Assembly: GCA_963664305.2 (NCBI GenBank)
Contig: CAXXLV010000002.1
Coordinates: 224,001-288,000, forward strand
Origin: an uncultured Aliarcobacter sp.
GTDB lineage: Bacteria; Campylobacterota; Campylobacteria; Campylobacterales; Arcobacteraceae
Length of the DNA: 64,000 nt
Reading direction: 5' to 3'
A program made the position numbers and the translations under genes. The stretch's first letter is position 1; each line of letters begins with the position of its first letter. Below are positions 27,973 through 37,544 of the stretch, piece after piece. Below the pieces are notes generated by a model. The model worked only from the letters and a program-made list of their open reading frames with translations. It searched no databases and was not told the DNA's origin.

Positions 27973-28942
27973 AGTCAACTAATAAATTTCTATAAAATTC
28001 TCTATAGTTTGTATCTTTTTCATCTCTAGCTTTCATAGCAGCTCTTGGATGTTCATTTAATTGACCAGTTAACATATATGGAATACTATATCCCCAGTCA
28101 AGTTCTTTTTCAAGTGGAACAATGTACTCTTCAATAAATTTTAATACAGGCATTAATTTATATTTTGGATTTTTTAAGAAACCAATTAAAAGTTCAAGTG
28201 GACAGTTTCCTGCTCCTCTTCCTAAACCAGAAATTGTAACATCAAGGAAACTTGCACCATAAATCATAGATTCTAAAGTGTTTGCATATGCTAATTGAAG
28301 ATTATTATGAGCATGAATTCCAATTTGTTTTCCAGTTTCTTGTGCAACTTTTAAATATTTTTCTGTTAATTTTTTGATTTGTTCAGGATAAAAAGAACCA
28401 AAACTATCAGCTATATAAATAACATCAACAGGTGTTTTTGAAAGTTGTGCTAAAACTTCATCTAACTCATCATCAAAAGATTTTGAAATAGCCATAATAT
28501 TTACAGTAGTTTCATAACCTTTTGCATGTGCATCTTCGATTAATTCAATTGCAGCAGGAATTTGATGAATATATGTTGCAATTCTTATCATATCAACAAC
28601 ACTTTCAGATTTTGGTCTAAGTTCTTCTTTTAAACTTCTTCCAATATCACTCATAACAGCAATTTTCATATTTGTGTTATTTTCACCAACAATTCTTCTA
28701 ATATCTTCTTCTTTACAGAAATTCCAAGGACCATATTCAGCTTCACTCATAATAGTTGGAGATACATTTTTCCCAATTTCCATATAATCAACACCAGCAG
28801 CAACGCAAGTTTCATAATGTGCTTTTACAAATTCATCACTAAAATGGTAATTATTAACTAAACCACCATCTCTAATAGTACAATCAAAAACTTTTATATC
28901 TTCTCTAACTGTCAACATTGAACCTTTTTTTTCAATCATCAT
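27971..28942 (-). CDS. HMGL-like / 4-hydroxy-2-oxovalerate aldolase-like protein
   Basis: DCTIRDGG, IADSFG, HAHNN and GLGRGAGN DRE-TIM motifs. Confidence 0.82.
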   Translation of the reverse strand: MMIEKKGSMLTVREDIKVFDCTIRDGGLVNNYHFSDEFVKAHYETCVAAGVDYMEIGKNVSPTIMSEAEYGPWNFCKEEDIRRIVGENNTNMKIAVMSDIGRSLKEELRPKSESVVDMIRIATYIHQIPAAIELIEDAHAKGYETTVNIMAISKSFDDELDEVLAQLSKTPVDVIYIADSFGSFYPEQIKKLTEKYLKVAQETGKQIGIHAHNNLQLAYANTLESMIYGASFLDVTISGLGRGAGNCPLELLIGFLKNPKYKLMPVLKFIEEYIVPLEKELDWGYSIPYMLTGQLNEHPRAAMKARDEKDTNYREFYRNLLVD

Positions 28943-28998
28943 TGTTCCTTGAATTTAATAATTAAATATATAATATCTAAAAGCCACTCAAAATTTTA

Positions 28999-29817
28999 TT
29001 AATAAGATTTTAGGGCTAAAACCTCTTCAATTTTATTATAAGAGTAGAAAGCAAAATCCTTGTTTTTAGCCTTTATTGTATAAACTGCCATTCTATCTGC
29101 AAGTTCATTTCCTTCAATTCCTTTATGACCTCTTACATGAATAATTTCTATTTTAGCTTTTAGTTTTTCGTATAAATAATGAGCTTCTTGGATAAGTTCA
29201 AGGTTTTTTATTTCTCCACCTTTTTTATTCCAGCCATTTTTTTTCCAACCATAAGCCCAAGTAGTAATACAATCTATGGCATATTTTGAATCGGAATAAA
29301 TAGAGATGATATTTTCACTATGCGTTTGTGAAGCTATTGTTAATGCTTGAAATAAAGCATTTAATTCAGCTATATTATTTGTTCCTTCTTCTTCATATGC
29401 TCCATAAAGAAGTACTGGATTTTTTTTATTTGAATAAATTGCAAGTCCACTTCCTGCATTTCCAGGATTTCCACTACAAGCTCCATCACAATAGATTCTT
29501 ATATGTTCAACTTCTTCATCTTCATCATTTTTTGTTTCAGGTTTTTCTTCAGTAGTTGTTGGTGTATAAACTTTTGCTTTTATATTATTGAACTCTAAAA
29601 CCATATGATAGTTTTTTATGATTTGTTCTTGAGCTTTTAGGGAAAAATTTCCTTTTAAAAGCATAAGTAAATTCATATCATTTTTAGATACTTCTTTTTC
29701 TAAAGCTAAATCTTTCCAATTTTCAATGTCAGATACAATTTCTAAAATTTCTAGTTGTTTTTGGTTTAGTGTATTATTATGTGAGATTAGATTTAAAAAA
29801 CTCTCTTCAATTTTCAT
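28999..29817 (-). CDS. rnhA: Ribonuclease HI with N-terminal extension
   Basis: YCDGACSGNPG, TNNIAEL, SDSKY and HVRGH..GNELAD motifs. Confidence 0.88.
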   Translation of the reverse strand: MKIEESFLNLISHNNTLNQKQLEILEIVSDIENWKDLALEKEVSKNDMNLLMLLKGNFSLKAQEQIIKNYHMVLEFNNIKAKVYTPTTTEEKPETKNDEDEEVEHIRIYCDGACSGNPGNAGSGLAIYSNKKNPVLLYGAYEEEGTNNIAELNALFQALTIASQTHSENIISIYSDSKYAIDCITTWAYGWKKNGWNKKGGEIKNLELIQEAHYLYEKLKAKIEIIHVRGHKGIEGNELADRMAVYTIKAKNKDFAFYSYNKIEEVLALKSY

Positions 29818-30000
29818 TCTTTTTTCTTTACATAGCTTAAATTTAATTATTTGGAAGTATACAAAAAAATATTAAAACAGTTGCTTTTATCAATATTTTG
29901 ATAATTCTTTATTGAAATAATTATTATTTATTTGACTTATATCATGGAAAATAATTTTTTTTCTGATACAATAAATATAAAAAATCATAGGAACATTATC

Positions 30001-32238
30001 ATGCTTTCAAAATTATCAATTAAACAAAAGCTAATTCTCATAATGTTAATTCCTCTAATAGTTGTAATATTATTAGATGCAAAATTAGCAGTAGATTCTT
30101 TCAGTGCATCAAGAAATCTAAAGTCATTAGATAATGTAGTAGAACTTTCTACAAAAATAGGAGCATTAGTTCACGAAACACAAAAAGAACGAGGAATGAC
30201 AGCTGGATTTTTAGGAAGCAAAGGCGAAAAATTTAAAACTGAACTTCCAAATCAAAGAGTTTTAACAGATGAAAAAATATCAGAACTAAATAGTTATTTA
30301 TCATCATTTGATAAAAATTCTTATAGTGAAGATTTTTTAGAAAACTTAAATAGTGGGTTGAAAAAACTTGAAGATATAAATAATATAAGAAGTAATGTAA
30401 GTAATTTATCTATCAACGCTCCTGTAGCAATTGGATACTATACAGAAACTAATAAATTGTTATTAAATGTAATTGGAACAATTACAAAATTATCAAATAA
30501 CGCAGAAATTTCTCAAAAATTAGTTTCATATATGAATTTTTTATTGTCAAAAGAAAGAGCAGGACTTGAAAGAGCAGTTGGAACAAATACATTTGCTAAA
30601 AATGCTTTTGACTTAGAGTTAAAAACGAAGTTTTATACTTTGGTTGCAGAACAAAATGCATATATGGATTCATTTGTAAAAGTTAGTACAAAAGATGTAA
30701 TAGATTTTTATAAAACTACAATGCAAGATAATTCTGTAGAAGAAGTAGAAAAAATGAGAAAAATTGCTTTATTTAGTGGTAAAGATTCTGATTTTAATGT
30801 TGATGCAAATTATTGGTTTAAAACAATTACAGACAAAATCAATTTATTAAAAAAAGTAGAGAATTATCTTTCTGAAACTTTGACTACAACTATTGATAAA
30901 GAGTTAAGTATAGCAAATCAAAATATGTTAATTTTTGGAATTTTAAGTGCTTTTGGAATTGCTTTAACTATGATTTTAGCAAGAACTATTGCATTTACAA
31001 TTTTAATTGATGTTGATTCTGTAAAAAAAGGAGTTGAAAATTTCTTTGCGTTTATAAATTTTGAAAAAGATGATATAGAACTAATCAAAGTTCATTCAGA
31101 CGATGAACTTGGAATGATGTCAAGAATTATAAATAAAAATATAGAAGAAACAAAAGCTAATATTCAAAAAGATAGAGCATTAATTGCTGATACAATTAGA
31201 GTAACAAATTTAATTAATAAAGGGCATTTAAACGCAAAAATTGAACTTGGTTCTAATAACCCATCTTTAAATGAATTAAAAAATATTATCAATCAAATGT
31301 TAGAAACTTTAAATACAAATGTATCAAATATTTTAAAAGTTTTAACATCATATTCAAAACTAGACTTTAGACCAAAATTAGCAGAAAATGACCTTGAAGG
31401 AATTATTCAAGAGTTAGAAAAAGATGTAAATATTTTAGGAGAAGTTATTACTCAAACATTACTAGAGAATAAAAGAATAGGAATGGTTCTAAGTAATAAT
31501 GCAAATATCCTAAGTAAAAATATGCAAGGTATTGCAACTGCTGCAAACTCTCAAGCAGCTTCACTAGAAGAAACAGCAGCTTCACTTGAAGAAATTACTT
31601 CAAATATTACAAATAACAATCAAACAACAATAAGAATGGCAAATTTTGGAAATAAAGTAAAAGAATCAATTTCTGTAGGTCAAAGTCTTGCAAATAAAAC
31701 AGTTGTTTCTATGGAAGAAATAAACACACAAACAACAGCAATTACAGAAGCAATTACAGTAATTGACCAAATAGCATTCCAAACAAATATTCTTTCTTTA
31801 AATGCAGCCGTTGAAGCAGCAACTGCTGGAGAAGCTGGAAAAGGATTTGCAGTTGTTGCTGGAGAAGTTAGAACCCTAGCTAGTAGAAGTGCAGAAGCAG
31901 CAAAACAAATTAAAGATTTAGTTGAAAATGCTCAAAGAAAAACTCAAGAAGGTAAAGATATCGCTGCTGATATGATAGAAGGATTTAGTGATTTAAATAA
32001 AAATATTTCAACAACTTTAGAGTTAATTGATAATGTAACATTGGCAAGTAAAGAACAAGCTACAGGAATGGTACAAATAAATGATGCTGTTAATAACTTA
32101 GACCAAATAACACAAATAAATGCACAAAGTGCTTCTGAAGCAAATAATATTGCTCAACAAACTTTAGAAATTTCTAAAAAGATTATTGAACAAGCAGATG
32201 CAAAAGAGTTCAATGGAAAAGATTCGGTTAGAGTTTAA
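30001..32238 (+). CDS. Methyl-accepting chemotaxis protein with NIT (nitrate/nitrite-sensing) domain
   Basis: LVHETQKERG and KERAGLERA NIT motifs; IAFQTNILSLNAAVEAATAGEAGKGFAVVA signalling domain; start after AGGA. Confidence 0.92.
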   Translation: MLSKLSIKQKLILIMLIPLIVVILLDAKLAVDSFSASRNLKSLDNVVELSTKIGALVHETQKERGMTAGFLGSKGEKFKTELPNQRVLTDEKISELNSYLSSFDKNSYSEDFLENLNSGLKKLEDINNIRSNVSNLSINAPVAIGYYTETNKLLLNVIGTITKLSNNAEISQKLVSYMNFLLSKERAGLERAVGTNTFAKNAFDLELKTKFYTLVAEQNAYMDSFVKVSTKDVIDFYKTTMQDNSVEEVEKMRKIALFSGKDSDFNVDANYWFKTITDKINLLKKVENYLSETLTTTIDKELSIANQNMLIFGILSAFGIALTMILARTIAFTILIDVDSVKKGVENFFAFINFEKDDIELIKVHSDDELGMMSRIINKNIEETKANIQKDRALIADTIRVTNLINKGHLNAKIELGSNNPSLNELKNIINQMLETLNTNVSNILKVLTSYSKLDFRPKLAENDLEGIIQELEKDVNILGEVITQTLLENKRIGMVLSNNANILSKNMQGIATAANSQAASLEETAASLEEITSNITNNNQTTIRMANFGNKVKESISVGQSLANKTVVSMEEINTQTTAITEAITVIDQIAFQTNILSLNAAVEAATAGEAGKGFAVVAGEVRTLASRSAEAAKQIKDLVENAQRKTQEGKDIAADMIEGFSDLNKNISTTLELIDNVTLASKEQATGMVQINDAVNNLDQITQINAQSASEANNIAQQTLEISKKIIEQADAKEFNGKDSVRV

Positions 32239-32252
32239 ATTAAACTCTAACC
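32226..32252 (+). terminator. Intrinsic terminator overlapping the MCP stop
   Basis: GGTTAGAGTTTA-AAT-TAAACTCTAACC followed by T-rich sequence. Confidence 0.65.
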
Positions 32253-32254
32253 CC

Positions 32255-32283
32255 TTGCTTTTATTTTTTTATTCAGTTATACT
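32255..32283 (+). promoter_or_regulatory. Sigma70-type promoter
   Basis: TTGCTT (-35), 17-nt spacer, TATACT (-10), upstream of the small ORF at 32428. Confidence 0.55.
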
Positions 32284-32427
32284 GTGTCCACATAAGATGA
32301 ATTCGAGTTTCATCTGTTATTTGCCTTTTATTGATTCTCACACCGTTAATATTACTCATTTAGACAACAAGCTCATATTTATCTTTTAATAACTTCATTG
32401 AATTGAAGAATAAAAAGGAAAAATAAT

Positions 32428-32574
32428 ATGTCAATTACACATATAAAAACAAACAAAAAAATCGAAGTTTTATTAAGACTTTTACAAAATAATGAAAGTT
32501 TAGAAGATGCTAGTTCAAAAGCTGGATTAAATATAGAAAAAACAAAACTTATTGTAAAAAGTAGAAATTTCTAA
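32428..32574 (+). CDS. Small hypothetical protein (48 aa, HTH-like)
   Basis: Not in the ORF track: MSITHIKTNKKIEVLLRLLQNNESLEDASSKAGLNIEKTKLIVKSRNF. AAAGGA RBS, upstream promoter, downstream TAAAAGAG/CTCTTTTA hairpin. Confidence 0.65.
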   Translation: MSITHIKTNKKIEVLLRLLQNNESLEDASSKAGLNIEKTKLIVKSRNF

Positions 32575-32596
32575 TTAAAAGAGATGAAAAACTCTT

Positions 32597-33073
32597 TTAG
32601 GGAATATAACTTAGTTTACTTTTTATAAAAGAGGTTGTATAAAAAATTTCTCTTAAAAATAAGAATAGAGAGATTATCAAAGAACTCATTGCAAGAATAA
32701 AAAGAATTGCAATAAGAAGTGAATCTTTAAATTCGAAAATAGCACTTAAAAACATTGTAACAATTACTAAAGCTATTAATAATCCTGTTGTTGTACAAAA
32801 TAAAATAGCTAAATTAGTATTTTTCATTCTCATTGTAAGGAATTTTCTTCTTTGTTCAATCTTTGAATAAATTTCTTCATTGTTTTTTAAAAGCTCTATA
32901 TTATCATTTTCATATTTATCGAGTCTATCAACTTTATCAATAATTCTTGAAAGTCTTCCCGTAAATACATTTAAAAGTCCAGCAACTCCTGCAAGTAAAA
33001 AAACAGGTGCAACAGATAATTGTATTAGTTGCGAAACATTGTTTATTGTACTTGCATCAATTGGACTTATCAT
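32597..33073 (-). CDS. DUF2721-like membrane protein
   Basis: IQLSVAPVFLLAGV...RLSRIID and FLREI motifs. Confidence 0.75.
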   Translation of the reverse strand: MISPIDASTINNVSQLIQLSVAPVFLLAGVAGLLNVFTGRLSRIIDKVDRLDKYENDNIELLKNNEEIYSKIEQRRKFLTMRMKNTNLAILFCTTTGLLIALVIVTMFLSAIFEFKDSLLIAILFILAMSSLIISLFLFLREIFYTTSFIKSKLSYIP

Positions 33074-33076
33074 AGT

Positions 33077-33454
33077 TTATTTCACTTCATCAATTAGTTC
33101 TAAAAGTTCTTCTTGTACTCTTTGTGCAAGTTCAATTAAATCAGGATTTATATCATCAACTGATTGTACTATAGAGTTTAATGTAATTGTTGTTTCACCA
33201 TCTTGTGTGTAAACAGCAATTCTGCAAGGCATAATTATAGATAAAGAAATATCTTCATTTAAAAATTCTTCTGCATAAGATGGTTTACAAATATCAATTA
33301 TTTGACACTCATTGTCTAAATTTTTACCTTTAGATTTTAGCGTTTCTTGAATATTTAAAACATTTAAAACTCCAAAACCATATTTTGATGCCACTTCTTT
33401 AACAGAATTTACAACTTCTTGAACACTTTTATTTGATATTTCTATATATTGCAT
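33077..33454 (-). CDS. DUF302-family protein
   Basis: GFGVL, ICKP..A and MPCRIAVY motifs. Confidence 0.82.
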   Translation of the reverse strand: MQYIEISNKSVQEVVNSVKEVASKYGFGVLNVLNIQETLKSKGKNLDNECQIIDICKPSYAEEFLNEDISLSIIMPCRIAVYTQDGETTITLNSIVQSVDDINPDLIELAQRVQEELLELIDEVK

Positions 33455-33490
33455 GATTTCCCTTTAAAAATTTTAATTGATTATAACAAA

Positions 33491-35116
33491 TTAGTTTTTA
33501 TAAAATGCTCTTTTTTTAACTTCAAGTTTATCAAACATACTTAACATATTTTTATAATCTTGATGTAAAGTTCTATTTATTAAATACTCTTTTCCTTCTA
33601 ATATATTTACAGCTCTTTGAATTTTTTCTTCACCATAAATATTAAAAAGTGATTCTTCATAATCATTCCATTCTAACTCATCATTTTGCATTCTAATAAG
33701 TTGAGCTACTAAATGTCCTAGTTTATTATTTGAAAACTCCAAAATTTCTAAAGCATCATCATACTCTTCTAAAAGCAATAAAAGTTGAGCTTTAAAATCT
33801 TGCATTGTAAAGTTTTCTTCAAAAATTACACCAATATAAAGTTGCATATTTAGTGAATCATCTAGACTATCAATTACATCTAAAATATCATTTGCATCAT
33901 ATTTTTCAAAGTTTAAAACCATATCACGAATTAGTTTTCCATTGTTTTTATTGTTATAAACCATATCATCAAGTGGATAAACTTCTGAAAAATTTGGAAC
34001 TATCATTTGACAAGAGTAAAAGTCTAAATAAGTATATTCTCTTAAATACATCTCTCTATCTTGAGATTTTAAAATGTCAAGTAAAAATGCATATTCTTCA
34101 TCACTACCATTTCCCTCATATTTCCAAGGAGCGTATTCAAAGCTTTTTTTAGCACTTAAAAACGGGAAACCTAACTTTCCATTTGAATCAATAAAGTGAG
34201 CTTCTAAGTTAAAACTATCACTTACTAAACTCATATCAAAAGTTGGAATTTCAAAGGCATCAAGATTTGTTAAATCTCTTCCTTGCATAAGTTCAGTCAT
34301 AGTTCGCTCTAAACTTACTTCTAAAATAGGGTGAGCTCCAAAAGATACAAATAAAGTATTATTTTTTGTATTTATAAGAGATATTGCAGTTACAGGGAAA
34401 ACTCCACCAAGACTTGCATCTAAAACTTCGATGATATAACCTAAGTCTCTTAACGCTTGCACATCTTTATATACTTTAGGAAAAGATTTTATTATCTCAT
34501 CTGGAAATTTTGGAAGAGCGTAACCTTCTTTGATAATCTCTATTTTTGCATATCTTTCAAATATTTCACTTAATGCTTGAACTTTTGCTTCATTTGCTGT
34601 ATTTCCAGTTGCTAGACCATTACTTACAAATAAGTTACTTAAGATATTTATTGGAATATATGTTTTTTCATTTGTTGATTGTTTTATAAACGGAAGAGCA
34701 ACTATTTTATCCATATAATCGCTGTTAAAATCAACTAAATCTTTGTCTTCAAGTTCATTTGTAGGATTATAGATTTTCTTTAATTCATCATTTAAATAAT
34801 CACCACCAAATTCAAATGCAACTTCATCTGGATAATATTTTCTATTTGGAAGATGGAAATCTATAAAAAAGTTGTTAGTTTGTAATCTTTCTATATATTC
34901 TCCAAATGCACTTGCTATTGAAGCATCTGAGATTACACCTTTCCCATTTGAATAGATATGGTTTGGAGCTTCATTTGAAGCTAAGTTCACAGAAAAACAG
35001 TTTTCTAAAGGATGTTTTTCTTGAGAAAAAGAGGCTTCACAGCCAACATCTTTTAATACTGCTTTCATTTTTAAAATTGATTGTTCAACGGGAGAGTTTT
35101 TTGATAGTAAATTCAT
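33491..35116 (-). CDS. ycaO: YcaO-family protein
   Basis: NGKG...ASAFGEYIER, SNGLATG, LSEIFER, FGAHP and ERTMTELMQG motifs. Confidence 0.88.
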   Translation of the reverse strand: MNLLSKNSPVEQSILKMKAVLKDVGCEASFSQEKHPLENCFSVNLASNEAPNHIYSNGKGVISDASIASAFGEYIERLQTNNFFIDFHLPNRKYYPDEVAFEFGGDYLNDELKKIYNPTNELEDKDLVDFNSDYMDKIVALPFIKQSTNEKTYIPINILSNLFVSNGLATGNTANEAKVQALSEIFERYAKIEIIKEGYALPKFPDEIIKSFPKVYKDVQALRDLGYIIEVLDASLGGVFPVTAISLINTKNNTLFVSFGAHPILEVSLERTMTELMQGRDLTNLDAFEIPTFDMSLVSDSFNLEAHFIDSNGKLGFPFLSAKKSFEYAPWKYEGNGSDEEYAFLLDILKSQDREMYLREYTYLDFYSCQMIVPNFSEVYPLDDMVYNNKNNGKLIRDMVLNFEKYDANDILDVIDSLDDSLNMQLYIGVIFEENFTMQDFKAQLLLLLEEYDDALEILEFSNNKLGHLVAQLIRMQNDELEWNDYEESLFNIYGEEKIQRAVNILEGKEYLINRTLHQDYKNMLSMFDKLEVKKRAFYKN

Positions 35117-35213
35117 TTAATTTTTTGTTCTCGATTCATATTATTTTTGTTAAAAGGTTAACAGTATAGCTAAAAAGAGTAGATTATGATACAATCAACA
35201 AAAAAAGGTAATC

Positions 35214-36560
35214 ATGTCATTTTCAAAATTAGGTTTGTGTTCAGAAATTCTTCGTGCAATTAAAGAAGAAGGATATACAACTCCAACTCCTATACAAGCG
35301 CAATCTATCCCAATAATTTTATCAAAAAAAGATGTTTTAGCAGGTGCTCAAACAGGTACAGGGAAAACAGCTAGTTTTACACTTCCATTACTTCAGAGAT
35401 TAACAAAATCAACTTCAAAAGATTCAAAATATCCAAAAGCTTTGATTTTAACTCCCACAAGAGAACTTGCAGCTCAAGTTGCACAAAGTGTAGAAACTTA
35501 TGGAAAATATCTTCCTTTTAAATCAGCAGTAATTTTTGGAGGAGTTGGAATAAATCCTCAAAAAGCTCTTTTAAAAAAAGGTGTTGATATTATTATTGCA
35601 ACTCCAGGAAGATTGATAGATTTAATCTCTCAAGATAGTTTGAATTTATCAAAAATAGAATTTTTGATTTTAGATGAAGCAGATAGAATGCTTGATATGG
35701 GATTTATAAATGATATTAAAAAGATTTTGGCTATCTTACCAAAACAAAGACAAAATCTACTTTTTTCAGCAACTTTTTCAACTGAAATAAAAAAGTTAGC
35801 AGATGGTTTACTTAAATCTCCTGTTTTAATTGAAGTAGCAAAAGCAAATAGCACTTCACATAAAGTTCAACAAATAGTTCATCATGTTGATAGAGACAGA
35901 AAAAAAGAGCTTTTAACGCATTTGATTAATAAAAATGATTGGAAACAAGTTTTAGTTTTTACAAGAACAAAACATGGAGCAAATAAACTAAGTGAAGCTT
36001 TAATAAAAGAAAATATAACATCATCAGCAATTCATGGAAATAAATCACAAGGTGCAAGAACAAAGGCATTGGATGATTTTAAAGAGGGAAAAGTAAGAAT
36101 ATTAGTTGCAACTGATATTGCTGCAAGGGGAATTGACATAGACCAACTTCCTCATGTAATAAATTTTGAATTACCAAATGTTGCAGAAGATTATGTTCAT
36201 AGAATTGGAAGAACTGGGCGAGCTGGAAATGAGGGTGTGGCTATTTCTTTAGTTTGTATAGATGAACATGAATATTTGTTTGGAATTGAAAGATTAATCA
36301 AACAGAAAATTAAAAAGATTGAAGTTGCGGGATTTAAAGTAAATCCAAATATTAAAGCTGAACCAATTGGAAATAAAGGGAATAGAAGTAAATCTAATAC
36401 TAATCAGAAAGAAAATCCAAAAAAACATTTCGGAAAGAAAAAAGATGAAAGTTCATCTATAAAATCAAAAAGTAAAAATAGATTTGATTCTAAAAAAAAT
36501 GAACCTTCATCAAACACTTCAAAAAATAGAAGAACTAATTCTAGATTTAAAAATAATTAA
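35214..36560 (+). CDS. rhlE: DEAD-box RNA helicase (RhlE-like)
   Basis: Q motif, [21 protein letters not shown] and HRIGRTGR; basic C-terminal tail. Confidence 0.9.
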   Translation: MSFSKLGLCSEILRAIKEEGYTTPTPIQAQSIPIILSKKDVLAGAQTGTGKTASFTLPLLQRLTKSTSKDSKYPKALILTPTRELAAQVAQSVETYGKYLPFKSAVIFGGVGINPQKALLKKGVDIIIATPGRLIDLISQDSLNLSKIEFLILDEADRMLDMGFINDIKKILAILPKQRQNLLFSATFSTEIKKLADGLLKSPVLIEVAKANSTSHKVQQIVHHVDRDRKKELLTHLINKNDWKQVLVFTRTKHGANKLSEALIKENITSSAIHGNKSQGARTKALDDFKEGKVRILVATDIAARGIDIDQLPHVINFELPNVAEDYVHRIGRTGRAGNEGVAISLVCIDEHEYLFGIERLIKQKIKKIEVAGFKVNPNIKAEPIGNKGNRSKSNTNQKENPKKHFGKKKDESSSIKSKSKNRFDSKKNEPSSNTSKNRRTNSRFKNN

Positions 36561-36562
36561 TT

Positions 36563-36685
36563 TTAAAAATAACCAATTAAAGTATGATGTTTATACAAAA
36601 ATGACTTTATTTGGTTAAAAATTAAAGTTAAAACTTCTAAAATCTCATCCTGTAAACTTTTTTGTTTATATATTGATGTTTGCAT
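36563..36685 (-). CDS. Possible small protein (40 aa)
   Basis: Not in the ORF track: MQTSIYKQKSLQDEILEVLTLIFNQIKSFLYKHHTLIGYF with an AAAGGA RBS; fills the gap between rhlE and blaOXA. Confidence 0.45.
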   Translation of the reverse strand: MQTSIYKQKSLQDEILEVLTLIFNQIKSFLYKHHTLIGYF

Positions 36686-36782
36686 AATTTATCCTTTTTA
36701 AGATAATTTTTTATTTTAGCACTATTTATAATAATCATCAATAAATTTTGTTAAAATGAGGAATATTTGAAAAAGGCAATAG

Positions 36783-37544
36783 ATGTTTAAAAATATATGT
36801 ATTTTATTTTTTTTAATAATTTCTGCAAATCTTTTTGCACAAGATTTAGAAATAAAAAGAATATTTGATGAAAAAAAAGTTGAAGGTACGATTGTAATTG
36901 AATCGTTAAATAAAAAGAAAATTTATATTTACAATGATAAAAGAGCAGATAGCTTTTTTTCTCCAGCTTCAACTTTTAAAATTCCAAATACATTAATCGC
37001 TTTAAATGAAGGTATCGTAAATAAAGATTCTGTAATTGTTTGGGATAAAAAAGTAAGAGAATTTGACTCGTGGAATAAAAATCAAACTTTACAATCTGCT
37101 TTTAAAAACTCTTGTGTTTGGTGTTATCAAGAGTTTGCTTCAAAAGTAGGGCTTGAAAAATATAAAAAATATTTAGAAGATATTGATTATGGAAATAAAA
37201 CTTTAGGTGATGATGTAAAAAACTTTTGGTTAGATGAAAGTTTAAAAATCAGTGCTTTTGGAGAGATAAAATTTTTAAAAAGATTGTATCTAAATGATTT
37301 ACCTTTTAAACAAGATGATATAAACACTCTAAAAGAAATGATGATAGATGAAAAAAATGAAAACTATATAATCCGAGCAAAAACAGGTTGGGAAGGTAAA
37401 TATGGTTGGTATGTGGGATATGTTGAAACAAAAGATGATGTTTGGTTTTTTGCTTTAAATATTGATACCAAAACAAAAGAAGATTTGGCAAAAAGAAAAG
37501 CAATAACTTTAGAAGCTTTAAGAGTTGAGGGAATTATAAATTGA
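36783..37544 (+). CDS. blaOXA: Class D beta-lactamase (OXA family)
   Basis: Signal peptide, PASTFK, SCV, YGN, FWL and KTG motifs. Confidence 0.95.
   Translation: MFKNICILFFLIISANLFAQDLEIKRIFDEKKVEGTIVIESLNKKKIYIYNDKRADSFFSPASTFKIPNTLIALNEGIVNKDSVIVWDKKVREFDSWNKNQTLQSAFKNSCVWCYQEFASKVGLEKYKKYLEDIDYGNKTLGDDVKNFWLDESLKISAFGEIKFLKRLYLNDLPFKQDDINTLKEMMIDEKNENYIIRAKTGWEGKYGWYVGYVETKDDVWFFALNIDTKTKEDLAKRKAITLEALRVEGIIN

Noticed and set aside
32186..32389. 67-aa ORF from the track
   Set aside because: Overlaps the MCP end, a terminator and a promoter, and has no RBS; the 32428 ORF explains the region better.
33077..35116. RiPP biosynthetic cluster around ycaO
   Set aside because: No precursor-like Cys/Ser/Thr-rich peptide or partner enzymes are adjacent.
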